This document shows positions 50,426 through 61,288 of a stretch of 64,000 nucleotides of DNA, piece by piece (position 1 is the first letter of the stretch; each line of letters opens with the position of its first letter). Source of the stretch: Squalus acanthias (Eukaryota); the NCBI GenBank assembly GCA_030390025.1, contig CM059431.1:114702001-114766000 (forward strand), in the 5' to 3' direction. Made by a program: the position numbers and the translations under genes. The notes under the pieces were generated by a model. That model was not told the origin of the DNA. It saw nothing but the letters and a program-made list of their open reading frames with translations, and ran no database searches.

Positions 50426-51859
50426 CTGCAACACGAGTATGAACACATACATGCTCAGACACATTTAGCAGGTTTAATGTTGATTATTAAAAGGGACATC
50501 ATGAAAAACTCAGAATCCAGTTTTTTTTTTTTAAAGTGAAATCTCCAAAGCTGCCAAAACTGTTGGGAGTTTAGCAACAACTCCAAGGGTAAGTACTCAG
50601 CATAACAAAAACTTAATCTAGCTGCAATATGCGAAGTGTCACAAAAAATCTACTTGTTAGTTTACTTTATTTATCTTTCATATTTAAGTTTTAAAAATTC
50701 AACATGACTGGAATGTTGCACTTACCACATCAATTCCCCTCACTTGGATGCACACAAACTTAAACTTGCTGACACTTTTTTTTTACAATTTAACAATTTA
50801 ATCTGCATTTTTGCCTCAATTTATGCACAAAGTATATAATTAAGGAACATCACATGCTAGCCACCTTGTGGGCGGAAATCACTTTCTTGAAACTTCGATG
50901 AAAAGGTTATCAATAGTCCTGCACAAATAGGTAGATTAGCAAATAACGTGTTTAGATGACGAGTGTCACAAAATTATTAAAAAGCTGTGTTACCTTCCAA
51001 TCCATTTCAAGGGCAAATGGTAGGGATTTGAAAATTTTTAAATGTTCTACTGTTGTGTCTATGCATTACTAATGATGCACAACCATTTCCAAACTGTGTT
51101 CTGATGGCAAACTTCACAGCGACGTCAGTTTGGCAGATTTACACTACACATCTTTAAGTGGTGTAGCAAGACTATCAGAAAATATGCAATAGAAATTACA
51201 CGCTTTTCTGATCATTACATTCAACTGGCAGACAATGCTGCCATCTCCTGTAAACCTCTATTATTGCAGCAAATTCCTTGGTTTTTTGTTTTACCAAGTT
51301 ATGATTTGAGACAGCCTAGAAACTGAAATTGAGATTAACAGGAATCTAACAAACAACCTTGTATCCAGTAAAGCAAGCAGAGGTTGTGTTGGAAATATTA
51401 AGCTACATACTGTGAAGTCTATCTGTGAAGTCTCGCCTCAGTAGCCTAAACTTAGCTCCAATCCAGAGGCCAGCAAACTACATATATCCAATTCATACAA
51501 AAAAACTAAATGAAAAATATTGGGTGTGTACACAGCTATATAAATATGCAAAGCATTCCTTTTGTCAGAAATTCTGCCAGATACTCGAGAAACTTTGGCA
51601 AAAAGATTCAGAATAATTATCAGCATGATGGTCAGCAAATGAGCCACAGCTAGAAGTATGTTTGTGTTTTTCAAAGCAAACCTCAAGATTATTTTGTAAG
51701 AACCTCAAAAAAAGATTTAGAAATGCAAACTACAATCTGGAGGAAAGAATGGAAAACTTTGTTAACAGTTAATACAGTAGGCACAGAACATACTCGTGCA
51801 TGAATATGAAAGCATGCAATTTCTTAATACCTTTGAATTACTATGGTCATTATTCCTAC

Positions 51860-51964
51860 CTCGAGCTGAAGCTCATTGTATTTTTTTCTAAGTTCAGTGA
51901 TATCTTCTCCAGCCTGCACTTTCTTGTACAAATCCAGCTCTGTGTCTAGTAGTTCTCTCTGCAT
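51860..51964 (-). CDS. RBM26: RBM26 coding exon, MQRELLDTELDLYKKVQAGEDITELRKKYNELQLE
   Basis: 105 nt with ttatag| and |gtagga. ELLDTELDL coiled-coil motif of RBM26/27. Confidence 0.95.
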
Positions 51965-52813
51965 CTATAAAAGAAAAATCCAGCATTTGCTTTAATCCAA
52001 ATAACTATCGAACTGCAAGCCGATAATCTACTTGTGGGGAATCAGGTAATCGCTGCAAATCAAAATGAAAGCAAGATTACAGACTGGCAATTCACTCCCT
52101 CAGAATATATGTGGTCATTTTTGGTAAATACAATGTTTGTATGCCTTACAAGGAACAGAAATGGGGGACACATTTCAATTTCACGTTTTGCAGTCTGTTT
52201 AACAAAAAAAGTGATTAACCATTTGCATTGTGATGGATAAAATGATCACTCGGGAGCTTCTCTAATGGCACAGCGGATAAAAGCAGTATCAGTTTCGAAC
52301 AGACCAGAAAATCCAATTTGAAGCAGAGTTGACTGATCTAAAACAGGATAGCAACTCAAGCAGTATAGGGAGCAGAAAAATCAGTCATGACGAATTTGGG
52401 AAGGTGCTATAGGATACCCAGCAAGCGGTAGCACCTTGTCAAGGAAAGAGAAAAAATGATGGGTTAAAACCATCAAAAACAGTAATACTGTAATTTGGGA
52501 TGGGGCATGGTCTGAATGGTTATTTTTCATGCTATACTTATGTATTTTTTCTGTTGGCTTACTAGTTAAAAAGTGTTGTGCAGGAACAGTCATAAGCAAT
52601 AGTTTCTGGTGGGATTACTACAGGTTTGCGGAAATGCTCAACGGCTATATATACCTAAAATCTTAACTTTGTTTTATACGTTTATAAACATTCGGAAAAA
52701 CAAATAAAAACACTTAAGATTAAACTTTTCTTGTTCACATCCTTCAATTTTTGAACATGGAAATTTATTCTCAAGAAACACAACATCTAAAAAACACCAA
52801 CAAAATGCAATAC

Positions 52814-52981
52814 CTGAGCTTTGGTTTTCACTGTTTTGGGAAGAGATGAGCCTGTTCCACTTGCTTTCAGTTCATCCTGTAGTTTGGTTATACTCTTAGT
52901 TAAGGCCTGCAGTGTTTTCATTATTTCTGCTTTATCTTCTGATTTCATTTTTTTGTTTTTCTCCAGCTTTGCTATCAAGAT
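52814..52981 (-). CDS. RBM26: RBM26 coding exon, ILIAKLEKNKKMKSEDKAEIMKTLQALTKSITKLQDELKASGTGSSLPKTVKTKAQ
   Basis: 168 nt with tttag| and |gtattg, overlapping ORF 52787..52978. KLEKNKxMKSEDKAEIMKTL is RBM26-type rather than RBM27-type. Confidence 0.95.
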
Positions 52982-53486
52982 CTAAATATGGATTCAAGAA
53001 GTCAAGATGACAGACAGACAGAAGTGCCCAGGATACAACTTTCTCAGACAAGATTTTTTAAGCAAAAACAAAGCACATTATATTATACTTTGATTGATCA
53101 GACTACCCTTGGCTCCCTGATCAAGCATGTGGTTTTGTATATTCACTTCACAGTTAATCAAAATTTTGAGAAGTCAGTGCACAATTTTAATTACACAGTA
53201 CCAATGGGGGGTAACACTGGTTGACTGGTACGCTAACTTTTGGTGGGCTGGAACAATTTATTATAGTATTGTTAGACCAGAGCTTGGTGAGTAGATGGAG
53301 AGAAAATAAAGGGTTGGATCAGTATCTTTGGTGCAGCTGCTAATTTGATTCTCCTTCCTGCATTACTCCTCAGGTTCGGGGGGTTTACATCTCAGTCCAT
53401 AAAGGGGCCCCAGATTGCCCAGTACTTTCAAAGTTCCATAAGAGCAATCCAGTAATTCAAACCATATATGTTAATTCTGGTTTTCC

Positions 53487-54890
53487 TGTGAAGGAATAAG
53501 CCATATAACCTATTCAGAAAAATACACCATTCTATGAAAGAATTCTGGCCTTATTAAAACATGACAAACTGGGTCTGGAAATCTAGAAACCTAACTATGA
53601 AAAAGCTGTGATAGCATTCTGGCTATTGAGATAAGATAGTTGTTGACACTGAATCAATAACCTTATTGAAACAGAAGGTTAAAAGCTCCTGACAGGCTGA
53701 CCTTTGGGAACAAGACAATGGTTCACCCTGGTTAAGGTGTTCTAACTTACACTTCGCAAAGAAGCACAAACATCTGCCTTCGTAAAAATGGCATCAAGTA
53801 AAACGCACCTGCTGTTACACATTTTTTTATGGTAAACTTAGAACACCTAGAGAAGCGACATAATTCTGTAATACTACCAGCTGAGGTGACTAAGAATTGC
53901 AGGGGTCAGCAGAAAAATGACTAGAGATAATTAGCTGACATCAGCAGAAAACCTTAAAGGAAATACCACTGCAAAAGGGTAAAAATATTGAACTCTCAAA
54001 TGGGATAGTAGACTCGCTGTAAAGGGACAAAGCGATTCTCGGCTTCAGAGGCGGCTCTAAGTCTCCAACTCTTTGTACCTCGGGGATCAAAGGCATTTGA
54101 TTTTGATTTTGGTGGATATCCTGTAGAAAACTAAGAACTGTAAAACTGCAGCGAAGTGAAGATTTGAGAGTAGGTTCTCTGATAATAGAATTGTAAGCTC
54201 TCTCTTTTTGGAACTGTTAATGTTGCGATTGACTCACCAACTGTAAATTACATGTCGGTTCTTTAATAAATCTATATATTTTTAGAATTGTCTCACATAA
54301 GACTTCTGTATCAAACTTGCAAACTCAATCTCTGTACACTCTGGTGAGGAGTTGCAGAATTCTGGGGGAGTTTTCCGGACCCTCATAATATCCGGAACGT
54401 TACAGTCTAGCTAAATTTATTAAACGTGCTATCTGGAGGACGGTAACATTTTCAGGTTGCTCCTTTCCTTTAGGGAGAGATAGTCCGGACCTTTAGACCC
54501 AATTAAGCGTCTTTAGGATTCGGCTACCTCTAACTTTAGTTGAAAGTGAACGTCTGAGGTATATGCCTGATCCGGGGTAGCCCTAAAGGGGCTAGGACTA
54601 GTAATTATCCCTTCATTCCAAGATTAGGCAATTGAACCAGTATTTACGAGAGGTTAGGAAAGGATCAGATGTAAACCGTATTTAGGTGCTACTTCTCAAC
54701 AGAAGATAGATGTGTGTTAAAAGGGGGGGGGGGGCAGGGAAGGCCCTGCAATTTCCTACAGAAATAGTTTTGACAAAATGGCACTGAACTGGATTGAAAT
54801 GCTAACATGCTTACATTTTATTACTCTAAACAGAGCAGGAGGGCAGGGTAAAAGACTCCCATGAAACAAAAAGCATAACCTGGTTATGGA
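53487..54890 (+). mobile_element. Possible LTR plus 5' leader of an LTR retroelement or ERV
   Basis: TG...CA candidate ends (tgtgaagg at 53487, ggtaaca at 54448), AATAAA at 54265-54270, and more CpG than the surrounding intron. No pol ORF. Confidence 0.3.
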
Positions 54891-54919
54891 TTCTCCTCCC
54901 AATCTGATTCACGTGGCAG

Positions 54920-55222
54920 TACAGAAGAACATAAGTAGTAAGAGCAGGAGTAGGCCTGATCATCGACCTCAACTCCACTTTCCTGCCCGATCTCCATATC
55001 CCTTGATTCCAAAAATCTATCTATCTCAGCCTTGAATATACTCAAAGACTCAGCATCCACAGCCCTCTGGGGCAGAGAATTCCAAAGATTCACAACCCTC
55101 TGAGTGAAGAAATCCCTCCTCATCTCAGTCTTAAATGGCCTACCCCTTATCCTGAGACTATGCCCCCTAGTTCTAGACACTCCAGCCAGGAGAAACAACC
55201 TTTCAGCATCTACCCTGTCAAT
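54920..55222 (-). mobile_element. CR1-clade LINE 3' fragment
   Basis: ORF 54884..55198: TRGHSLRIRGRPFKTEMRRDFFTQRVVNLWNSLP. Confidence 0.92.
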
Positions 55223-55950
55223 CCTACAAGAGGCTACAGTGACTTAACGCAGGCAAAGCCTATGCTTTTGCCCATCGCTCTCTTGCTGCCCTGGATTCTT
55301 GGCAGAAGAGGCATTTGAATTCTGCTGGTGCAGCTTAGAATCCACTACAGCTGTTTTCATATTACTTTTGATGTGTGCAGCAGAAGCACCTGCAAGCGAA
55401 AAATCAAGATTATTTTTAAATTTAACAAGTACAGAAAAATACTTTTTTCCAGTTGGATCTTCCTGATTACTGCCAGTTTTCCCGAGATTGGGAAATGCAG
55501 TATTCCAGCACTGCAGAATCTCTTTAGCAATGCAATGACGTTGGGTAGCTGCAACAGTGGATAAAGAAGTGACTGTGTGCTCATAGGCAGAAAGTTATCA
55601 ATGGCTGTGGACCTGCTTAAAAAAGTTACCAGTGGTGTCCCCCACAGATCGTCGTTAGAGCCTCTGCTCTTTCCCATCTATATTAAGGACCTAAATGAAG
55701 GTTTGCATGTGCATACTGAACTGTCATAACCAGCCTGCACACGCACAATAGACCGGGATCCACTTTGCAGCCAGTTCACACAGAGACTGGTTCCACTACT
55801 CAAACATAATGGAGAGCAGCATACAGTGCAATATTTTTTTATTTTTAAAAAAATATATAAAATGGACTACATGTACATCCCCAAATTACATTCCCCTGTG
55901 AAAATAGAAGATTATCCTGATCAAAGAAAAATAGACGTCAAACTAAATAC

Positions 55951-56025
55951 CTTTTGGGTTTCTATGTGTTTTTCTAAAATCTCTCGTTTCTTTTTTCTCA
56001 CATCTTGCTGAAGTCGAAACGTATC
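55951..56025 (-). CDS. RBM26: RBM26 coding exon, coiled coil, DTFRLQQDVRKKKREILEKHIETQK
   Basis: 75 nt with ttacag| and |gtattt, phase 0-0. Matches the LQQDVRKRKQEILEKHIETQK segment. Confidence 0.95.
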
Positions 56026-57952
56026 CTGTAAAATCATCATAGACTTAAGAACCATGGCCAACTGGAACATAACCAAAGAGGAAAGCAAAAATCCAAAGGG
56101 AAAAAAGGGTGTAAACCTTTTGGAAAAACAATGTTTGTAAGCAATATACTCGAAGTCATTTTCATCTGTAGGTTACTGGGAAAAAATGTAGGCCTTCGGG
56201 TTTTAGGTTAGGCAAAATGACTGGCAACATGAGCTTTTTATTCTGTTCTGGTGCCAAGTATTATTGAAAAACTAAGTCAGCTTAAGGGAAAATGCTCAGC
56301 TGTTCAAGCTAGTTGTATGCCTCCAGGATGCAGGTCTATATCAGAGTGCGTTATGTCTCTTTTTTCCTTTCCAAGAAAACTTGTATTTTTTTTTTGAAAC
56401 ATTGAAGTGAACAAAATTATATTTTGATAACATAACACCTTAGTTTTTTTCCTCCAGTAAATCTTCATACATTTAATTCTGAATAGGTGTATGCCAAAGA
56501 AAACCCAACCAAATTAAGTTCCAATTATATTTATAAAAACTACGTAATCTACATTGCTCAGAGAGGAGAATTTCCTTGACCAGTATGTTCTTGGCCCAAC
56601 TAGGAAGGAGGCATTGCTGGATCTGGTGCTGGGGAATGAGGTGGGCCAGGTCGACCAAGTGTCTGTGGGAGAACACTTGGGTACGAGTGATCATCGTATC
56701 ATAAGATTTAGATTAGCAATGGAGAGGAGCAAGGAACAATCGAGAGTGGAACTTCTAAACTAGAATAGGGCTAACTTCAATGGGATGCAAAAGGATCTAG
56801 CCAGGGTAAAATGGAACCAAAGACTGACAGGAAAAACTGCAACAAAACAATGGGTGATCTTTAAGGAGGAGATGTTCCAAGTACAGGCTAGGTACATTCC
56901 AACAAGAGGGAAGGGTAAGGGAATCAAAGCAAGGGCTCCTTGGATGATGAGGGAGATAGAGAAGATGATGAAACAAAAAAAGTGTATGATAAATGTCAGG
57001 TGAATTCTTCAAGGGAGAACCAGACCAAATACATTAAGTTGAGAGGGGAAGAAGATAAAAATAAGATTGGCAAAGAGAGAATGAGAGTAGAATGGCAGTT
57101 AACATAAAAGGGAACCCAAAAATCTTCTACCGGCATGTAAACAGTAAGCGGGTAGTAAGAGGCGGGGTGGGGGCCTATTAGGTGATATACGCTTAGAGGT
57201 GCAGGGCAAGGCTAGAATACTCAATGAGTACTTTACTTTGTATCGGTGTTTACTAAGGAGGTGGATGCTGACAAAATATCGGTAGAAGTGGAAAAGGTAG
57301 AAGCAATGGAAGGGGTGAAAATTGATAGACAGGATGTGTATGCTTAGAGTAGATAAGTTGCCTGGTCCAGATGGCTTGCATCCCAGGTTGCTAAGGAAAT
57401 TGGGGGAGGAGATAGTGGAAGGGCTTGCCATAAATTTCCAATCTTTCCTAGATGCAGGGGAGGTGCCTGAGGATTGGAAAGTGACAAACGTGACACCATT
57501 GTTCAAGAAAGCGTGTAAGGACAATCCTAGTAACTACAGGCCGGTCAGTTTAACATCAGTGGTGGGTAAAGTTTTAGAAACAATAATCAAGGAAAAAATT
57601 AACGGGCACTTGGGAGAGGTTTAAGCTAATTAAGGAGAGCCAACGCGGATTTGTAAAAGGCAGATTGTGTTTGACTAATCTAATTGAATTTTTTGATGAA
57701 GTAACAGGGAGGATTGATGAAGGGAATGCAATGGATGTTGTCTACATGGATTTTAGGTAGGTGTTTGACAAAGTACCACATAGAAGGCTGGTTAACAAAA
57801 TTGAGGCTCATGGAATAGGTGGGTCAGTGGCAGCTCGGATAAGGAATTGGCTTAAGGACAGAAAACAGCGAATTGTGGTAAATGGCTGTTTTTCAGACTG
57901 GAGGATGGTAGACAGAGATGTTCCCCAAGGGTCAGTGCTGGGGCCAATGCAT

Positions 57953-57976
57953 TTATATATATATATATATATATAT
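57953..57976. repeat. (TA)n microsatellite
   Basis: About 12 TA units at the IYINDLD-coding position of the host CR1. Confidence 0.9.
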
Positions 57977-57984
57977 GACCTGGA

Positions 57985-59266
57985 TTTGTCAAAGGGAAAT
58001 CATGCTTGACAAATCTTCTGGAATTTTTTGAGGATGTTTCCAATAGGGTGGACAGGGGGGAACCAGTAGATGTGGTGTATTTGGACTTTCAGAAGGCCTT
58101 CGACAAGGTCCCACACAAGAGATTGGTGAGCAAAGTTAAAGCACATGGGATTGGGGGTAATGTGTTGACGTGGATTGAGAACTGGTTGGCACACAGGAAA
58201 CAAAGAGTAGGAGTAAATGGGTACTTTTCAGAATGGCAGGCAGTGACCAGCGGGGTACCGCAGGGTTCGGTGCTGGGACCCCAGCTGTTTACATTATGTA
58301 TTAATGATTTGGACGAAGGGATTAAATGTAATATCTCCAAATTTGCGGATGACACTAAATTGGGAGGCAGTGTGAACAATGAGGAGGATGCTAGGAGGCT
58401 ACAGAGTGACTTGGACAGGTTGGGTGAATGGGCAAATGTATGGCAGATGAAGTACAATGTGGATAAATGTGAGGTTATTCACTTTGGTGGTAAAAATAGA
58501 GGGGCGGACGATTACCTGAATGGTGGCAGATTAGGGAAAGGGGAGGTGCAACGAGACCTGGGCGTCATGGTACATCAGTCACTGAAGGTGGGAATGCAAG
58601 TGCAGCAGGCAGTCAAGAAAGCAAACGGAATGATAGCCTTCATAGTAAGGGGATTTGAGTACAGGAGTAGGGAGGTGATGCTGCAGTTGTACAGGGCCTT
58701 GGTGAGGCCACACCTGGAGTATTGTGCGCAGTTTTGGTCTCCTAACTTAAGGACATTCTTGCTATTGAGGGAGTGCAGCGAAGGTTCACTAGATTGATTC
58801 CTGGGATGGCCGGACTGACATATCAAGAAAGATTGGGTCAACTGAACTTGTATCCTCTGGAGTTCAGAAGAATGAGGGGGGATCTTAGAGACATTTAAAA
58901 TCCTGACTGGTTTAGACAAATTAGATGCGGGCAGAATGTTCCCAATGTTAGGGAAAACTAGAACCAGGGGTCACAGTCTAAGGATTAAGGGGAAGCCATT
59001 TAAGACTGAGCTGAGGAGGAACTTCTTCACCCAGAGAGTGGTGAATCTATGGAATTCTCTTCCACAGAAGGTTGTTGAGGCCAGTTCGCTAAATATATTC
59101 AAAAGGGAGTTAGATATAACACTCACAACTAGGGGGATCAAGGGGTATGGCGAGAAAGCAGGAATGGGGTACTGAGGTAGCATGTTCAGCCATGAACGCA
59201 TTGAATGGCGGTGCAGGCTCGAAGGACCGAATGGTCTACTCCTGTACCTATTTTCTATGTTTCTAT
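57985..59266 (+). mobile_element. Younger CR1-clade LINE nested in the RT of the host CR1
   Basis: ORF 58006..58797 (263 aa of RT) plus 58936..59175, with its own 3' end ttttctatgtttctat. Confidence 0.92.
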
Positions 59267-60004
59267 ATTGGAATACAAAGTAGAATTTCTAAATTTGCCG
59301 ATGACACCAAACTTGGGGGTGTGGCAAACAGTGAGGATGATACCAATCGACTGAAACAGGACATAGAAAAGGCTAGTGGAATGGACAGACAAGTGGCAGA
59401 TGGAATTTAATACAAAAGTGTGAGGTGATGCATTTTGGCAGAAGGAACAGGGAGAGGCAATATACACTTAATGGCACAGTTTTAAAGAGTGTGCAGGGAC
59501 AGAGGGACCTGGGAGTTAATGTGCATAGGTCCCTGAAAGTGGCAGAACATATTGAGAGAGTGGCTAGCAAAGCATATGGGATCTTGGTCTTCATAAATAT
59601 AGAGGTATTGAGTACAAAAGTAGAGAAGTTATGCTGAACCTTTATAAAGCGCTAGTTGACGGTACAAGAACTAGGGGACACAGATTTAAGGTTTTGGGCA
59701 AGAGATACGGGGGGATGCGAGGAAAAACTATTTTACGCAGCGAGTGGCGAGGACCTGGAACTCAATGTTTTCAAGGGGAAACTGAATAGGCACTTGAGGG
59801 AAATAAACTTGCAGGGCTACGGGGTTAGAGTGGGGGAATGGGACTGACTGGATTGCTCTACAGAGAGCCAACACGGACTCGATGGGCTGAATGGCCTCCT
59901 TCTGTGCCGTTATGACTATGAGGTGAGCAATTAGGGATAGGATGTTTAACTTGTCACCGTTTTAAACAGTTGCAGTGGGGCACGAAAAAAAAAGACGTGA
60001 TGAT

Positions 60005-60450
60005 ATAGCGTCTTTCACAACCACAGGACATCCCAAAGCGCTATACAGCCAATGAAGCATTTTTGAAGTATTATCACTGTTGTAATGTAGGAAACGCGGC
60101 AGCCAATTTGCGCACAGCAAGCTCCCACAAAGAGCAATGTGATAATGGCCAGATAATTTGTTTTTGTTAATGTTGATTGATGGATAAATATTGGCCAGGA
60201 CACTGGGGATAACTCCCCTGCTCTTCTTCGAAATAGTGCCATGGGATCTTTTACATCCACCTGAAAGAGCAGACGAGACCTCAGTTTTAACGTCTCATTT
60301 GAAAGACTGCACCTCCGACAGTGCAGCACTCCCTCAGCACTGCACTGGAGTGTCAGCCTAGATTTTTGTGCTCAAGTCTCTGGAGTGGGACTTGAACCCA
60401 CAACCTTCTGACTCAGAGGCGAGAGTGCTACCCACTGAGCCATGGTTGAC
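60005..60450 (-). mobile_element. Deu-domain SINE (SacSINE1-like): tRNA head, Deu core, L2-type tail
   Basis: Minus strand tggctcagtgggtagcactctcgcctctgagtcagaaggttgtgggttcaagtcc...gagggagtgctgcactgtcggaggtgc.gtctttc..atgagacgttaaa...gcgctttgggatgtcc. Confidence 0.85.
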
Positions 60451-60722
60451 ACTTAATGGTGCCAAACAGGAGCCAGATCAAAAATGGGGGGAAAAAATTG
60501 AATGAATTTCACATCTAAAATATAATGCTGTTGATTTTATATTAGAATTTAAAATGATGATTCGCTGGCAACTTAAAAAGTCCAAATTTTTGTCACCTTA
60601 CTTGTGTGAATATATGAATTTTCTACCCTGAAACACTCATTAGCCAAGTTCAAACCAGACGAACATGCTCAATAGTATGTGCATAAATCACAAATCATAC
60701 AACTGTCATAAACCCAACAAAC

Positions 60723-60842
60723 CTGTTTTCTTTTGGGTGTCTCTGTAGAATCTGATGTAACAGTACCTAATGATTTTTGCGCTGCTTTTAGGGCAGCAGG
60801 ATTGTAGACAGTTTTTGTAAGGCCTGTTGTAGTTGATAACAC
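60723..60842 (-). CDS. RBM26: RBM26 coding exon, VLSTTTGLTKTVYNPAALKAAQKSLGTVTSDSTETPKRKQ
   Basis: 120 nt with ctgcag| and |gtttgt, phase 0-0. Contains the GLTKTVYNPAALKAAQK motif of RBM26. Confidence 0.95.
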
Positions 60843-61213
60843 CTGCAGCAGAAAGAGAGTTTCATTTTCCAGCGTAAAAGGAAATTAGATGAAGATAAAG
60901 AAAAACATTTTTACAAGAACAGCAATTTATTATAGCCAAGATTATATAGAATGTCTTACACCAAGAGAAATAACTTGAGTGTTAACTATTAAGACAGTAT
61001 TTGATATTTGTAACTCGTGTTTCCGTAAGTCGGTAAAAATGTTAATGCACATAAAAGTTTGTTCTTAGATGCACAAAGAACAAGAATTAACTAACTGTGG
61101 GAATGCTGTCAAGAGTATAATGGGACCTAATCCTGAAAAGTATTTGCTTTTAACACAATGTTCAAAGACTGAAAACAGCAGTGGTTCCACTACTACCATC
61201 AACTAAACTCTAC

Positions 61214-61288
61214 CTTTTCAGTAGGAGCAGGTTCTGTGCGTTTAGTTGCAAAGCCTAGTCGATCTTTAATTGACAGCTTACTTGCATT
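61214..61288 (-). CDS. RBM26: RBM26 internal coding exon (first in window), NASKLSIKDRLGFATKRTEPAPTEK
   Basis: 75 nt with ctcag| acceptor and |gtagag donor, phase 0-0. Peptide resembles human RBM26 NVTKLSVKDRLGFVSKPSVSATEK as I recall it. Confidence 0.9.

Larger units (their letters stand above)
56553..59920 (+). mobile_element. Decayed CR1-clade LINE (endonuclease end to 3' UTR) hosting a nested CR1
   Basis: FLDQYVLGPTRKEALLDLVL..GTSDH, PGPDGLHPRLL, NYRPVSLTSVVGK and PQGSVLGP. Resumes at 59267 with [18 protein letters not shown]. Confidence 0.93.

Noticed and set aside
50144..50464. ORF-track 106-aa RG-rich protein as a standalone gene
   Set aside because: Only 50222-50425 is exon. The flanks are intron read-through of RBM26.
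58006..58797. Active or domesticated reverse transcriptase gene
   Set aside because: 5'-truncated, with no endonuclease and a frameshift after the FWSP motif. An ordinary dead CR1 copy.
60380..60450. tRNA gene
   Set aside because: The A/B boxes belong to a SINE head that continues into a Deu domain and L2-type tail. The same applies to the SINE heads at about 17970-18020 and about 23440.
33321..61288. Assignment to the paralog RBM27
   Set aside because: Segments such as GLTKTVYNPAALKAAQK, MKSEDKAEIMKTL and FQEESLIDDSLLQDDD fit RBM26 better as I recall them. A reciprocal BLAST would settle it.
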